64,000 nucleotides of DNA from Candidatus Pacearchaeota archaeon (GCA_017609285.1 JAFCEE010000001.1:18475-82474), one strand, 5' to 3'. Shown: positions 26,520 to 36,124, counted from the stretch's first letter. Numbers and translations: made by a program. The notes: generated by a model from the letters alone, not told the origin.

Positions 26520-27329
26520 ATGAAACCTAAACTTAAAGAAGTAAAAGCCAGATCAATTCTAATAAGAAGTAAACTACCAGAAACAGATTATGTTATTAAT
26601 CCTTATACTGGTTGTGTTCATAGTTGTGTGTATTGTTATGCGAAATTCATGTCAAGAATGACTGGACATAAAGAAGGTTGGGGAAATTATTGTGATGTTA
26701 AAATTAATTTGCCTGAAGTTTTAAGTAGGGAACTAGAAAGGGCAAAAAAAGGGATAGTATTGTTAAGTTCAGTTACAGATCCCTATAATCATTTAGAGAA
26801 AAAATATCAGCTAACAAGAAAAGCTTTAGAATTATTAACTAAATATAAGTTTTCTGTTTCGATACTTACCAAATCAGCTTTGGTTGTGAGAGATGTTGAT
26901 GTTTTAAGAAAATTAAAGGAAGTTGAGGTCGGAATTACTATCACAACCTTAGACAATAGAGTAAGGAAAAAATTTGAGCCATCTTCTTCTGTGGAAGAGA
27001 GGATAAGAGCTTTAGAATTGCTTCATAAAGAAGGGATTAGAACCTATGCTTTTGTTGGTCCTATTCTTCCATATTTAACAGATGTTGAAGCTATAGTAAA
27101 TAGATTAGAGGGGATAGTAGATTTTTTCATGTTTGAAGACCTAAACATTTTACCTTCAAATAAAGACAAAATTTTAAGTATAGTAAAAGAAAACTGGCCT
27201 GAATTAGAAGAAAAATATAAGGAAATTCTGAAAGGAAAAGCTGAGTTTTGGAAAGTATTAAGAGAAAAAATACAGGAAATAGCAAGAGAGAAAGGTTTAG
27301 ATTTTAGAATTTATTTTGAACATAATTAA
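26520..27329 (+). CDS. radical SAM protein, SplB/DNA-photolyase-like family (COG1533-like)
   Basis: 269 aa. INPYTGCVHSCVYCYA (CxxxCxYCYA cluster motif of the SplB-like family). Confidence 0.7.
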   Translation: MKPKLKEVKARSILIRSKLPETDYVINPYTGCVHSCVYCYAKFMSRMTGHKEGWGNYCDVKINLPEVLSRELERAKKGIVLLSSVTDPYNHLEKKYQLTRKALELLTKYKFSVSILTKSALVVRDVDVLRKLKEVEVGITITTLDNRVRKKFEPSSSVEERIRALELLHKEGIRTYAFVGPILPYLTDVEAIVNRLEGIVDFFMFEDLNILPSNKDKILSIVKENWPELEEKYKEILKGKAEFWKVLREKIQEIAREKGLDFRIYFEHN

Positions 27330-27359
27330 GTTTTTATATCGAGGAAAATTAATAAGTAA

Positions 27360-28091
27360 ATGAAACAAAAACCCTGGACAAGTTGGGAAAACAAAACCGA
27401 GCAGGAAGAAGAGGCGATAAAAAGTTTGAGAGCAGCTAAGAAAATTATTCTAAATAATATACCAAAAAATAAGATTTTGGCAATATATGTGGGAGGTAGT
27501 TTTATCAGAAGAGAAATGACTCAGAAGAGTGATGTAGATACTTGGACAATAGTTAAGGATAATAAACTTCTTAGCAAGTTTGAAAAATTAGAAAAGGAGT
27601 ATAAGGAAAAATATAAACCAAACTTAAGTCTAAGAGCTTTTTCTCTGTGGGAATTAAAAAATAACAAAAGATATTTGAAAAGAAAGAAACCAAGAGCAAA
27701 TCCGGGAAGATTTGTGAAGAAAATTAAAAATTATTTTTTAATTTATGGCAAACCTTTAAACACTAAAGATTTTATAGTGAGGAGTGACGAAGAAGATTTA
27801 AAGAAATTAATTAAAGCTTTTAATAAAACTTTCTTGCCTTTGTATGAAAAAGGCAAGCTAAGATTTTCTGATATCCTTAAACAGGTATTTTGGTTAGTTG
27901 AGTTAGAACAAAAAATTAAAGGTAAAGAAGTTCCTTATTCTTGGAAAAAATTGGTAAGGTCAATAGAAAACAAAAATCATATTATTCATGAAGCTTTGAA
28001 ATTTAGAGTGAAGAGAATAAAAGACGAAGGGAAAAGAAAGAGGTTTATAGTTAAATTGAAAAAGTATTTGAAAAGTTTGGAAGGAAAATGA
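27360..28091 (+). CDS. pol-beta superfamily nucleotidyltransferase with C-terminal helical domain (ANT/AadA-like architecture)
   Basis: 243 aa. ILAIYVGGSFIRREMTQKSDVDTWTIV (GS...D.D NTase motif) followed by about 150 aa of helical, basic C-terminal domain. Confidence 0.55.
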   Translation: MKQKPWTSWENKTEQEEEAIKSLRAAKKIILNNIPKNKILAIYVGGSFIRREMTQKSDVDTWTIVKDNKLLSKFEKLEKEYKEKYKPNLSLRAFSLWELKNNKRYLKRKKPRANPGRFVKKIKNYFLIYGKPLNTKDFIVRSDEEDLKKLIKAFNKTFLPLYEKGKLRFSDILKQVFWLVELEQKIKGKEVPYSWKKLVRSIENKNHIIHEALKFRVKRIKDEGKRKRFIVKLKKYLKSLEGK

Positions 28092-28876
28092 TAATAGATT
28101 GCCATGTTCACCTACCTTTATCGAAGACAAAAGGGAAATTTAAAGATAAGAAAGCAAAACTTTTGAGAGATATAGAGAGGAATGGAGTTGATTGTGCTAT
28201 ATTAATTCCAGATAATCTTACTGGTTCTAATATTGGAGATTTAGATACTTGTTTGAAATTAGTTGAAAATGAGGAAAAATTATTTTTGTTAGGAACTATA
28301 GATGTAAGAAAAGAAGGAATGAGAAGTATAAGTAAGCTTGATTTTTTGTTCAAAAAAGGAAAAATTAAAGGAATTAAAATTTATCCTGGACACGACCCAA
28401 TATATCTGACTGATAAGAGGCTTATTCCTCTTTATAAATTATGCATAAAATATAATCTGCCTATAATGATTCATACTGGTGGTGGGAAAATGAAAAAAGC
28501 AAGGGAATACAATGATCCAAAATATATAGTTAAAATAGCTAAGAAGTTTCCTAAAATTAAGATTATTATAAGTCATTATTTTGAACCAAATTTAGAATAT
28601 TGTTATAATCTAACTAAAAATTTTATGAGTATTTATTATGACACCTCAGGTTTAGCTGATAAAGATGTTGTAAAAGAAAGTGGATTAAAAACTATAAAAG
28701 ATGTTTTGATAAAAATAGCAAGAAAAAAACCAAATAATGTTTTATTTGGAACAGATTATGCTTGTTGTTCAATTAAGAAGCATATTAAATTGATAAGCTC
28801 TTTAAATATTTCTAAAGAGATGAAAGATAAAGTTTTTTATAAAAATTCTAAGAGATTATTTAGATTAAATTTATAA
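28088..28876 (+). CDS. amidohydrolase-2 family (TIM-barrel metal-dependent hydrolase)
   Basis: 262 aa. MIIDCHVHLP (HxH metal ligands), ...IMIHTGG..., ...FGTDYAC. ATGA overlap with the upstream NTase. Confidence 0.65.
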   Translation: MIIDCHVHLPLSKTKGKFKDKKAKLLRDIERNGVDCAILIPDNLTGSNIGDLDTCLKLVENEEKLFLLGTIDVRKEGMRSISKLDFLFKKGKIKGIKIYPGHDPIYLTDKRLIPLYKLCIKYNLPIMIHTGGGKMKKAREYNDPKYIVKIAKKFPKIKIIISHYFEPNLEYCYNLTKNFMSIYYDTSGLADKDVVKESGLKTIKDVLIKIARKKPNNVLFGTDYACCSIKKHIKLISSLNISKEMKDKVFYKNSKRLFRLNL

Positions 28877-28898
28877 ATCTCTCTTCTTTTTTTTAAAT

Positions 28899-29432
28899 AT
28901 GAGAAAAAGAGGAAAAAAGAGGAATGGCAAAAGAGGGCAACTTAGAATATCTTTTGGCATGCTTTTTTCTATAATCTTGATTATAGCTTTTATTGCTGTA
29001 GCTGTATATGCCATAATTATGTTCCTTAACATAAAAAAATGTGCAGACACTGGCATGTTCAAACAGGATTTGCAGGAAGAAATAAATAGGGCGTGGACTT
29101 CTGATAGTTCATCTGAAATTTTTTCTGGTAATTTGCCATCTAGTTTAGATTATGTTTGTTTTGTAGATGTTTCTGAGGAAGGTAGAGGAGAACATAAAGA
29201 GTATTACGACAAACTGAAGAAGTATGGTTATTCTCCTCAGATAAATATGTTTTTCTGGCCTTTGAAAAATACTTGTGAGGGGCAGAGAGGTTTTGAAATA
29301 AAGCATATAGATATAAAAAAAATTACAGCAGAAGAAAATCCTTATTGTATAAAGAGTATTAGGGGCAAGGTTGAAGTAAAAATTGAAAAAGATTTTTATG
29401 ATGCCTTAGTTAAGATAAGCAAGATAAGTTAA
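28899..29432 (+). CDS. class-III signal peptide (type IV pilin-like) protein
   Basis: 177 aa. ...NGKRGQ|LRISFGMLFSIILIIAFIAVAVYAII. Confidence 0.5.
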   Translation: MRKRGKKRNGKRGQLRISFGMLFSIILIIAFIAVAVYAIIMFLNIKKCADTGMFKQDLQEEINRAWTSDSSSEIFSGNLPSSLDYVCFVDVSEEGRGEHKEYYDKLKKYGYSPQINMFFWPLKNTCEGQRGFEIKHIDIKKITAEENPYCIKSIRGKVEVKIEKDFYDALVKISKIS

Positions 29433-29433
29433 A

Positions 29434-30384
29434 ATGCAGAAAAAAGGTTTTGAGTTTAGTTTTGCGTGGTTATTCGCGATAATAGTTGGAGCAATTATTT
29501 TGTTTCTCGCTATTTTTGCTATAAGTAAGTTGATAAAGACAAGTCGTTACCAGCTTGATACAATTACAGCTAAACAGTTGAGCATAATTTTTGAACCTCT
29601 CGAAACAGGTCTGGCGAGTGGAAAAAGTAATATGGCAAGATTAAGAGAAGAAACAAGAATCTATAATGATTGTATTGATGAAGGAAATTTTGGTTTGCAA
29701 AGAATTTCGCTTTCAACAAAGCAGAGTTTAGGAAAAGAGTGGCAAGAACCTGGCGCTGAAATCGACATACCTAATAAATATATTTTCTCTTCTGGTATCG
29801 AAGAAGGCGAGGAAGTTTATTTTTTTTCTAAGCCATTTGAAATGCCGTGGAAAGTTTCTGAAATTATTTTTTTATCTACTAAACAGTATTGTTTTGTTAA
29901 TGCTCCTGAAGAAATTGAAGATGATGTTTTAGGTTTGATGTTGGGGAATGTTAAGTTAAATAATTGTAGTGTGGGGGATATAAAAGTATGTTTTGGTTCT
30001 GGCTTAGATTGTGATATTACAGTTAAAGGACAATGTTTTGGTGGTTTTTCAGATTGTGAAAGCGAATATGATTATGGTTTTGTAGAAAAACAAGGAGAAA
30101 GCTTATTCTATACTGGAAGTTTAATTTACGCTGCTATTTTCTCCAGTCCTGATATTTATGAGTGTAATGTTAAAAGATTAATGAAAAGATTAGTTCGGCA
30201 AGCTCTTATTTTTAAAGATGAAGCTGATTTTTTAAGTGTAAAATGTGGCACTCTTCCTTTGTCTGGCTTGTTACAATTAATTAGTGTTGCTAAAATAAAA
30301 AAATCATCTGACCTTTTATTGGTAAGGCAAGTAGCAAGAGAGGTAGAAGAACAAAATCAAGCTTCACAGTGTAATTTATGGTAA
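29434..30384 (+). CDS. class-III signal peptide (type IV pilin-like) protein
   Basis: 316 aa. MQKKG|FEFSFAWLFAIIVGAIILFLAIF (KG-F-E motif with Glu at +5); 1-nt gap from the upstream gene. Confidence 0.5.
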   Translation: MQKKGFEFSFAWLFAIIVGAIILFLAIFAISKLIKTSRYQLDTITAKQLSIIFEPLETGLASGKSNMARLREETRIYNDCIDEGNFGLQRISLSTKQSLGKEWQEPGAEIDIPNKYIFSSGIEEGEEVYFFSKPFEMPWKVSEIIFLSTKQYCFVNAPEEIEDDVLGLMLGNVKLNNCSVGDIKVCFGSGLDCDITVKGQCFGGFSDCESEYDYGFVEKQGESLFYTGSLIYAAIFSSPDIYECNVKRLMKRLVRQALIFKDEADFLSVKCGTLPLSGLLQLISVAKIKKSSDLLLVRQVAREVEEQNQASQCNLW

Positions 30385-30385
30385 A

Positions 30386-30913
30386 ATGTTAATAGAAAAG
30401 AAAATAAGCTCAAAACGCTCGCAATTTAAAATACAACAAATGGCATTTATGTTGTTAGCTGTAGTATTGTTTTTTATTTTAGTTGCTTTGATTTGGATTA
30501 CAATTCAACAAAGAAATTTACATAAACAAGCAACTCAACTTGAAGAAGAAAAAGCTGTTTTTTTATCTGAATTTTTGTCTGGTTCCTCTGAGTTTAGTTG
30601 TAGTAGGGAGATGGGCTCTTATTGTATAGATACAGATAAATTGGTTGTTCTAGAAAATATGAGTGTATATAGAGATTTCTGGCCGGTTGCTTTTATTCAA
30701 GTAAGAAAATTAGATAGGCAAGTTGAAGAGGTAGAATGTAGTAAATTGAATTATCCTAATTGTAATCTTTTTGAGGTATATGAAAATAAGAATGTTAAAA
30801 GTAAAAGTTCTATAGGAAATTTTGTTGCCTTGTGTAGATATGAAAACATTAATGGTTTTCCTAAAAAAATCTGCGAACTTGGTAAATTTATAATTGGTTA
30901 TGAGATAAAATAA
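30386..30913 (+). CDS. class-III signal peptide (type IV pilin-like) protein
   Basis: 175 aa. ...SSKRSQFKIQQMAFMLLAVVLFFILVALI; 1-nt gap. Confidence 0.45.
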   Translation: MLIEKKISSKRSQFKIQQMAFMLLAVVLFFILVALIWITIQQRNLHKQATQLEEEKAVFLSEFLSGSSEFSCSREMGSYCIDTDKLVVLENMSVYRDFWPVAFIQVRKLDRQVEEVECSKLNYPNCNLFEVYENKNVKSKSSIGNFVALCRYENINGFPKKICELGKFIIGYEIK

Positions 30914-30914
30914 A

Positions 30915-31409
30915 ATGGGGATAAAAAACAAGAGAATAGGTAAGAAGGCGCAGGAGGAGATGATTGGGTTTGTATTGATAATTGTTTTAGTTAGTGTGAT
31001 AGCTCTGATTTTTCTTGCTATCTCTATCAGAAAACCAGCAGTACAGGAAAATAAAGAGATAGAGAGTTTTTTACATTCCTCCTTACTTTTAACTACAGAC
31101 TGTCAACCAAGTCCAGAAGAGATTTATGATTTAAAAGATTTAATTGGAGCTTGTTGGAACAATGAGAGATGTTTATCTGGAGAAAAAGCTTGTGGTGTCT
31201 TGAATGTTACAGTTTACGAGCTGCTTGAAAATTTACGAGTAGGTGAAGAAAGCAAATATAAAGGTTATGTGTTTAGAATTTATGATGAAAGAAATGAGAC
31301 TATATTTTATCTGACAAAAGGAAATTACACGTCTTCAAAAACAGCAACAGACTCTCTTTTTCCAATACAGGGAGAGAATATACATGTAGTGCTAGAGATA
31401 TTTTATTAG
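30915..31409 (+). CDS. class-III signal peptide (type IV pilin-like) protein
   Basis: 164 aa. ...GKKAQ|EEMIGFVLIIVLVSVIALIFL; 1-nt gap. Confidence 0.5.
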   Translation: MGIKNKRIGKKAQEEMIGFVLIIVLVSVIALIFLAISIRKPAVQENKEIESFLHSSLLLTTDCQPSPEEIYDLKDLIGACWNNERCLSGEKACGVLNVTVYELLENLRVGEESKYKGYVFRIYDERNETIFYLTKGNYTSSKTATDSLFPIQGENIHVVLEIFY

Positions 31410-31447
31410 TAATGGTTGTAGATTAATGAAATTTAAATAATATATAT

Positions 31448-31810
31448 TCATTGAAAGCTTATGTTTATTTGCAAATTGTCTATTACTACAACAGGCTTTA
31501 ATTTTTTTCTTTTTCCTTTTGTTTCATGTTTTAGCTCAATAAAACCGAACCTTTCTAAAAGTTTAATATCCTGGCTTACTGCCTTAAAATCTCTGCCTAA
31601 TATTTTTGCAAGGTGATAAATAGATTCTGGACTTTGATTTTTTATTATATTTAGAATTTTAGCTTTTTCATTACTTAATAACTGTCTCAAATCAGTTAGG
31701 CCAGAAAAATCATAATCAGACCTGTCTCCTCTTAATCTCTTGAATATAGAGGTAAAAGCATTTGGTGTTATATAAAGATTTACTATTCTTGTTCTTTCTT
31801 TTTTTGCCAT
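31448..31810 (-). CDS. winged-helix transcriptional regulator
   Basis: 120 aa. wHTH-like segment LSNEKAKILNIIKNQSPESIYHLAKILGRDFKAVSQDIKLLERFGFIE. Sits between the pilin operon and the S-layer gene. Confidence 0.5.
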   Translation of the reverse strand: MAKKERTRIVNLYITPNAFTSIFKRLRGDRSDYDFSGLTDLRQLLSNEKAKILNIIKNQSPESIYHLAKILGRDFKAVSQDIKLLERFGFIELKHETKGKRKKLKPVVVIDNLQINISFQ

Positions 31811-32071
31811 TTTTCTATATAGTGGAGTTTAGTGTATTTTTTTAAACATATATCTGAAAAGCATATTTTGTATATATATGTTTTTATTTATTATATATGG
31901 ATTATTAAAACATATAAGTTTAAAAATCTTTTTATTTTTATTTTTGTTATTTGTTTTTATTTTTAATAGTAACAAAAGATTTATAAATAAAACAGCAAAA
32001 ATGCTGTATTTTCTTGTTATTTTTAAGTTTTAAAACGAAAGCTTTTTAAATACATAAAAAGTCGTATTATT

Positions 32072-32089
32072 GTGTCTATTAAAAGACAC
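32072..32089 (+). promoter_or_regulatory. perfect palindrome GTGTCT-ATTAAA-AGACAC with an embedded TATA-like element upstream of the S-layer gene
   Basis: 6-bp inverted arms flank the A/T hexamer ATTAAA about 150 nt upstream of the S-layer start codon, consistent with a promoter or operator. Confidence 0.35.
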
Positions 32090-32116
32090 GAAAACTGGCC
32101 AGTAACAGTAACTTCT

Positions 32117-32170
32117 AAAATAGGGATTACAGTTATAACTTTCCAAATGAGATGGCAATTTCCCTATTTT
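32117..32170 (+). promoter_or_regulatory. 5' UTR stem-loop of the S-layer mRNA
   Basis: Perfect 10-nt inverted repeat AAAATAGGGA ... TCCCTATTTT with a 34-nt loop, between the putative TATA element and the GGAGGT Shine-Dalgarno at 32210..32215. Confidence 0.4.
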
Positions 32171-32220
32171 ATGCCATCATGTGAGGAAAAACCAGATTAA
32201 TGATTGAAAGGAGGTCAAAA

Positions 32221-34611
32221 ATGAGATTTAATTTTAGAAAAATTGCATCAGTGCTAGCGAGTGCAGTAATGATTGGAGGTACTGCTGGAACTGCCTTAGC
32301 AGCTAATTATCCAGCACCATTTGTTGTTGGTGGAGCTGCAGATGGAGCTATTGTTGTAACAAGTGGAAGTCATGCAGGAGCTGTAAGTGACTGGGATGCT
32401 GCTGTTTCATTGCAGTCATCTTTACAAAATTTAGTTACTACAACTGCTGCTACAACTGGAGCCACAACTACAGGCGGAGATAGTTATAAGATAGAAAGAG
32501 CATCTACAAAATTCCAAATGGGAAAAGGAATCTTGGATATTGTTTCTGGAACAGTAACAGATACTGATATGCCTAATTTATTGGCTGATGGAACTTTCTT
32601 AGACAGTGATAATAATGAAAAAGATTATACACAAAAGTTAACATTAGCTAATTTAACATTAGGTATGTTTGATGACAATGATTATGCAGAAGATGCACCA
32701 ACAGTCGGAATAAAAATAAGTTCGGCTGGTTCTGTCTTAAATTATACATTAAGTTTTACAGACCAACCAGCTTGGGACAAATTAGAAACTGCAAATATCA
32801 AACTATTGGGAAAAGAGTATTATATCTTAGATGCAAATACTCCTACAAATACATCATTGACATTGTTGGATTCAGCAGAAACTGCAACTATTGCAGAAGA
32901 TGAAACAATGACAGTTGCCAACAAAGAAGTTTTAGTTACATTTATTGGCGACAACCAAGTGAAGTTAAATATTGATGGAGAAGAAACAAATACATTAGCT
33001 CAAGGTGAGACATATAAATTAAGTGATGGTTCATATGTTGGAATTAAAGACATTATGTATACTAGTAAGACAGGAGCTGTAAGTAAAGTAGAGTTTAGTG
33101 TTGGAAGTGGTAAATTAAAACTTACAAATGGCCAAGACATAGAAATGAATGATGACTCAATATCAAGATTGAAAGCATATCTTGGTGGTCAAGGTGGAGC
33201 AAATCTCCAAAGTATAACAATAGAGTGGAAAGCTGATGGAGAATTATTTGTTGCTCCTGATTCTGAGCCTGAAATGCCTGGATTTAAAGCAGTAAAGCTG
33301 ACATGGGGAGGAATGACATATCCAGTAGAAGAAGATATTGTAGTAGAAGCTGGAGGAGACGACTATGTTGTACTTAAAAACTTCCCATTAAAAGATTCAA
33401 CAGAAACTATAAACTTGCTTTATGGAAACAATGCAAATTGGACAGGTATAGGAAAAGATTCTGACAATGTTTTAAGAACAGTAGAGTCTGGAAATCTCAC
33501 ATTTGATGGAGATACTGATGACTATTTTGTAGCTACTTATGATGATGGAACAAATGCAGAGTCTTATTTAATGAGGGCTACAAATTTCAAGGTAGAGAGT
33601 TCAGTAAATAAGACAACTATACAGTATAAAAGCGATGGTACATGGACAAATGTGCAGTCAGATGTTAGTAAAGGAGATGATGTTACTTTAGGAAGTGTGA
33701 CTCTTACAGTTGGAACAATTAATTATAATGACAGGACAGTTGTATTAAAACCAGGGATAAATGTAAACTTCAATACACTTTACTCAAAAGAGGGTTTGAA
33801 AGTTTACTTGCCTTACACATCGACAACAATACAAAATAGTACTACAGAAGAGTATTCTTGTGACAATGTTACATGGTCTACTGGATTGGTAGGCCCTGTT
33901 AATCTCTCAAATACCTATGCAAATGCAAGTGTCCTTTGTTACAGCTCGACCTTCGACCTTGCCTTCGTAGAGGAAGACAAGAACGAGAATAAAGCAAGTG
34001 GAAGCCAGTTTAATGCAACACTTGGATGGAACACAGCTACAACAGCACAAGCATATGTAAGTGATATTGTAGGAGAAAGTGCAACATTTTCAGAACAAGA
34101 TGACACAGACAAATATTTGAGTTATGTGTACTCTCCATTAGCAACAAAGTTGCTATGGGACAAGAGCGGAGACCAGTATGCACTTACACTAACATATCAT
34201 GGTAGTGAAAGCTATGGTAATGTGTTTGTAGCAGCTCCAGAAGTAACTGTAAGTGAAGGAACAACAACTGCTGCTGGTGGCGGACAAATCTTAGTTGTAA
34301 AAGACAGTGAAGTAGATTCTGTCAAGAATAAAAACTTGATAGTTGTCGGTGGAAGTTGTATTAATAGTGTAGCTGCTGAAGTTCTTGGAGTAGACTACCC
34401 AACATGTGGAGCAGACTTCACAACAGCAACAAATGTTGGAGCTGGACAGTACTTAATCAAAGCTGTCAAAAGCCCATACAATGCTGAAAAAACAGCTGTC
34501 TTAGTTGCTGGATACGAAGCTGCAGACACAAAGAACGCAGCAGACAAGTTGGCAGAAAGTCATGCCACTGATGTAGGTACAGAAAACATATATCCTGAAG
34601 TTACAGCTTAA
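32221..34611 (+). CDS. S-layer (surface-layer) protein
   Basis: 796 aa from the ATG 5 nt after GGAGGT (the track ORF begins at 32200). Signal peptide ...GGTAGTALA|ANYPAPFVVGGAADGAIVV. Thr/Ser/Gly/Asn-rich, many N-x-T/S sequons, C-terminal ...NLIVVGGSCINSVAAEVLG typical of archaeal S-layer proteins. GC and codon usage differ from neighbours, which suggests high expression. Confidence 0.7.
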   Translation: MRFNFRKIASVLASAVMIGGTAGTALAANYPAPFVVGGAADGAIVVTSGSHAGAVSDWDAAVSLQSSLQNLVTTTAATTGATTTGGDSYKIERASTKFQMGKGILDIVSGTVTDTDMPNLLADGTFLDSDNNEKDYTQKLTLANLTLGMFDDNDYAEDAPTVGIKISSAGSVLNYTLSFTDQPAWDKLETANIKLLGKEYYILDANTPTNTSLTLLDSAETATIAEDETMTVANKEVLVTFIGDNQVKLNIDGEETNTLAQGETYKLSDGSYVGIKDIMYTSKTGAVSKVEFSVGSGKLKLTNGQDIEMNDDSISRLKAYLGGQGGANLQSITIEWKADGELFVAPDSEPEMPGFKAVKLTWGGMTYPVEEDIVVEAGGDDYVVLKNFPLKDSTETINLLYGNNANWTGIGKDSDNVLRTVESGNLTFDGDTDDYFVATYDDGTNAESYLMRATNFKVESSVNKTTIQYKSDGTWTNVQSDVSKGDDVTLGSVTLTVGTINYNDRTVVLKPGINVNFNTLYSKEGLKVYLPYTSTTIQNSTTEEYSCDNVTWSTGLVGPVNLSNTYANASVLCYSSTFDLAFVEEDKNENKASGSQFNATLGWNTATTAQAYVSDIVGESATFSEQDDTDKYLSYVYSPLATKLLWDKSGDQYALTLTYHGSESYGNVFVAAPEVTVSEGTTTAAGGGQILVVKDSEVDSVKNKNLIVVGGSCINSVAAEVLGVDYPTCGADFTTATNVGAGQYLIKAVKSPYNAEKTAVLVAGYEAADTKNAADKLAESHATDVGTENIYPEVTA

Positions 34612-34617
34612 GGATAA

Positions 34618-34656
34618 ATTTTTATTTTTTCTTTTTTCTTTTTATTTTTTTATTTG
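34618..34656 (+). terminator. oligo-T archaeal terminator after the S-layer gene
   Basis: tttatttttt cttttttctt tttatttttt tattt immediately after the stop codon. Confidence 0.5.
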
Positions 34657-34851
34657 AGTTAGGTTTTAGTTAGAATTTTGTATTTCAGTTAGTCCTTTAA
34701 ATCTTGCGAGGCAGGTTTATAATTTTCTGCCTAAAAACTTTATTAAATTCGCCTGGTTTTTAATGAACCTATTTAAATTATATAAGTTATTGTCAAAAGC
34801 AGATGAAGTTTGTATAGAAGATTTTTTAAATAAAAATTTAGTTTAATAGGT

Positions 34852-35427
34852 ATGAGAAAAATATTAACTAGAGAGGAAAGGGAAAGAAAAGAAATGATGA
34901 ATAGAGTTATTGTTGGTTTAGTTCTTGTAGTAATAATGATTTTAAGTACTATTGGTTATTCTTTTTATTATACTGGAAAAAGTAATGTAAAAAAAATAGA
35001 GTATAGTGGAATTGAGTTTATTTTAAAAGAGGATGATTTGTGGCATTTTGAAATAAATCAGTATGAATTTGCAACTGTGCATAATCCAAAAGAAACAGAA
35101 AATATCACTAGTTTTATAACCTCAAATTTATTGTCTTATCAAGGAAAACCATTATATTTCTCATATGATAGTGAAAGAAAAGGAACAGAAGAAATTATCA
35201 GGAGTATTGGAAGATTTGTTGCTAGGATTCAGTATGTATGTTTGGATGAGTGTGAAGGGGATTTGCCAATAAAAAATTGTAGCGAAAATATTATAATTAT
35301 AAAAGAGGCAGGGGAAAATTTAATAAAACAAGAAGACAATTGTGTATATGTTTTAGCTAAAGAAGGTGATATTTTAAAAGTTAGTGATGCTTTTATTTTT
35401 AGGATTTTAGGTTTAAAAAATGGCTAA
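34852..35427 (+). CDS. N-terminally membrane-anchored hypothetical protein
   Basis: 191 aa; a single N-terminal TM after a basic segment. Confidence 0.4.
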   Translation: MRKILTREERERKEMMNRVIVGLVLVVIMILSTIGYSFYYTGKSNVKKIEYSGIEFILKEDDLWHFEINQYEFATVHNPKETENITSFITSNLLSYQGKPLYFSYDSERKGTEEIIRSIGRFVARIQYVCLDECEGDLPIKNCSENIIIIKEAGENLIKQEDNCVYVLAKEGDILKVSDAFIFRILGLKNG

Positions 35428-36124
35428 GAAAAAAAGGAATATTGGAGAAGGAGAAAGAAAGGAAGAAAAAGAAGAGAAGAAAACTCTGAGAAAAAAAATT
35501 AAAGAGAAGGAAGAAAGACAGACTAGGATATTTGTTATTTTTATGGTTGGGCTTATTCTTTCTGTGATATTGTTTTATTTTTTATTTCAAGATATAAAGA
35601 AATTTGAATATGCAGGGTTAGAATTTGAAAAAATAAGGCAGGGTAATTTAAATTTATACTCTACAAAATTTCCTTTAAGAGATATAAGTGGTAGGGTAGT
35701 AGCTTACTTGCCTTTTTATTTTAGAGAAGATCCTAGAAAATTAAGAGATATAAGAATAGAAGGGAGAATTATACTTGACAACAGAAAACCTGTGGCTATA
35801 ACTGCTAGTAAAGAGGTTATTGAGAGTTGTGAAGATAGTATTTTAGCTGCTGCTACTCTTTCAATAAATTTTTTTGGGCCTCTAGGAATTAAAGCTTTTC
35901 CAGCTACAACAAACAAATCTGAATCTGAAATTCTAAATAGAACATATGTAAGCTGTAATGATACTTCAAACCACTCAATAATTTTATTTGAAAAAGGAGA
36001 TGAGAATAAAATAGTGAAGAATGGGGATTGTTATCTGCTAGAATTTAAAAATTGTGAGATTATGAATATAACAGAAAGATTTATATTGGGTTTATATGCT
36101 CATCCGAGGAACATTGAGATTTAA
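35420..36124 (+). CDS. N-terminally membrane-anchored hypothetical protein (weak paralog of the upstream gene)
   Basis: 234 aa. K/E-rich N-terminus, one TM, EYAGLEFEKI similar to EYSGIEFILK of the upstream protein; 8-nt overlap. Confidence 0.4.
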   Translation: MAKKKRNIGEGERKEEKEEKKTLRKKIKEKEERQTRIFVIFMVGLILSVILFYFLFQDIKKFEYAGLEFEKIRQGNLNLYSTKFPLRDISGRVVAYLPFYFREDPRKLRDIRIEGRIILDNRKPVAITASKEVIESCEDSILAAATLSINFFGPLGIKAFPATTNKSESEILNRTYVSCNDTSNHSIILFEKGDENKIVKNGDCYLLEFKNCEIMNITERFILGLYAHPRNIEI

